NCBI RefSeq assembly: GCF_009914755.1
Contig: NC_060928.1
Length of the DNA stretch: 64,000 nt
DNA from: the human T2T-CHM13v2.0 reference genome, Homo sapiens
Direction: 5' to 3' (one strand)
Under the pieces are notes generated by a model. The model was given only the letters and a program-made list of their open reading frames with translations, ran no database searches and was not told the origin of the DNA. Shown here piece by piece: positions 63,325-64,000 of the stretch. Made by a program: the position numbers and the translations under genes. The number at the start of each line of letters is the position of its first letter. The first letter of the stretch is position 1.

Positions 63325-63420
63325 TGCGCAGCCCGCTTGAGAACTCAGTGCCCTGCCTAGCAACCCGCACCTTGGATGATGACCCCCGAGTGCGGCGCAC
63401 TCCCAGCGTGGGATGGCTAA
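63325..63420 (+). CDS. SLC4A4: Candidate 96-nt in-frame cassette exon (VRSPLENSVPCLATRTLDDDPRVRRTPSVGWL)
   Basis: ~95-nt AG-free pyrimidine-rich tract ending aag|, donor AA|gtaagt, symmetric phase 1, open in the frame set by exon 6, 7 CpGs. Confidence 0.65.
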
Positions 63421-64000
63421 GTAAGTCAATGGCTGGGGAAAGGGCAAGGAAGGTGGCGGTGGTCGGGAGAGGGAGGGCAGGAAGATCGGGCTCATGGTTA
63501 CTGAGTGGAGGGAAACCTCAAGAATGCCTGAAAGTGTAAGATGTAAATATTCCTAAAGTCGTAATTGCTGACTTATTTCTTCTACTGTCAAAGAGTACAG
63601 TAATAAAGAACTTCCTGGGTGATCTGCTGTCCTGAATCCAAGTTGAGGACATTGTAAGGCAGTGGAAGGATTGTGAGACTAAGGGGTGGGGCTGGCACTG
63701 GCAGCCCTCCCTCCATGGGACACTTCTCTGAACCTCAGTTTCCTCATGGTGATGCTGAACCTTCTTACTTCAGAGGACTGGGAGGAAGGTCACTGGAGAT
63801 GAGGTCTCTGAAGGTGGTTTGAAAGCATTCAAGTGCTAAGTAAGAGGAAGAGCTTACTAAGTTAATAATGTTAAATACCTCAAATACCTACTATATGCCA
63901 GAAAGACAGAATGGGCTATGGACAACAAAAAAGGGGAATAAGATAGAATCTTTACTTTTTAAAAATTTAGAGCTTGGTAAAGTGACAAGATTTATGTACC

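Overview
Primate, most likely human, genomic DNA from inside SLC4A4 (electrogenic Na+/HCO3- cotransporter NBCe1) on the + strand. It covers the distal part of intron 3, the internal promoter and first coding exon of the kidney variant NBCe1-A (ATG 33527), the shared exon 4 acceptor (33648), exon 5 (44186-44346), exon 6 (51282-51461, with the 27-nt cassette I donor) and part of the next intron. The rest is mostly interspersed repeats: a full-length L1PA8-like element, an L1MA carrying nested L1PA5-like and AluYd8 insertions, other Alus, MIR/L2, MaLR and MER61 LTRs, and Tigger, MER44, MER63 and MADE2 DNA transposons. Top leads are (1) a candidate in-frame 96-nt cassette exon at 63325-63420 that is not part of the NBCe1-A to -E variants as I know them, and (2) a ~1.18-kb inversion (44802-45986) that splits one Alu and shows a template-switch microhomology signature. 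Others include a 97-nt non-L1 insert in L1 ORF2, young tandem duplications and a promoter G-quadruplex. Repeat subfamily names and exon numbers come from recalled consensus sequences and gene structure, not from a database search. No novel multi-gene system is evident.
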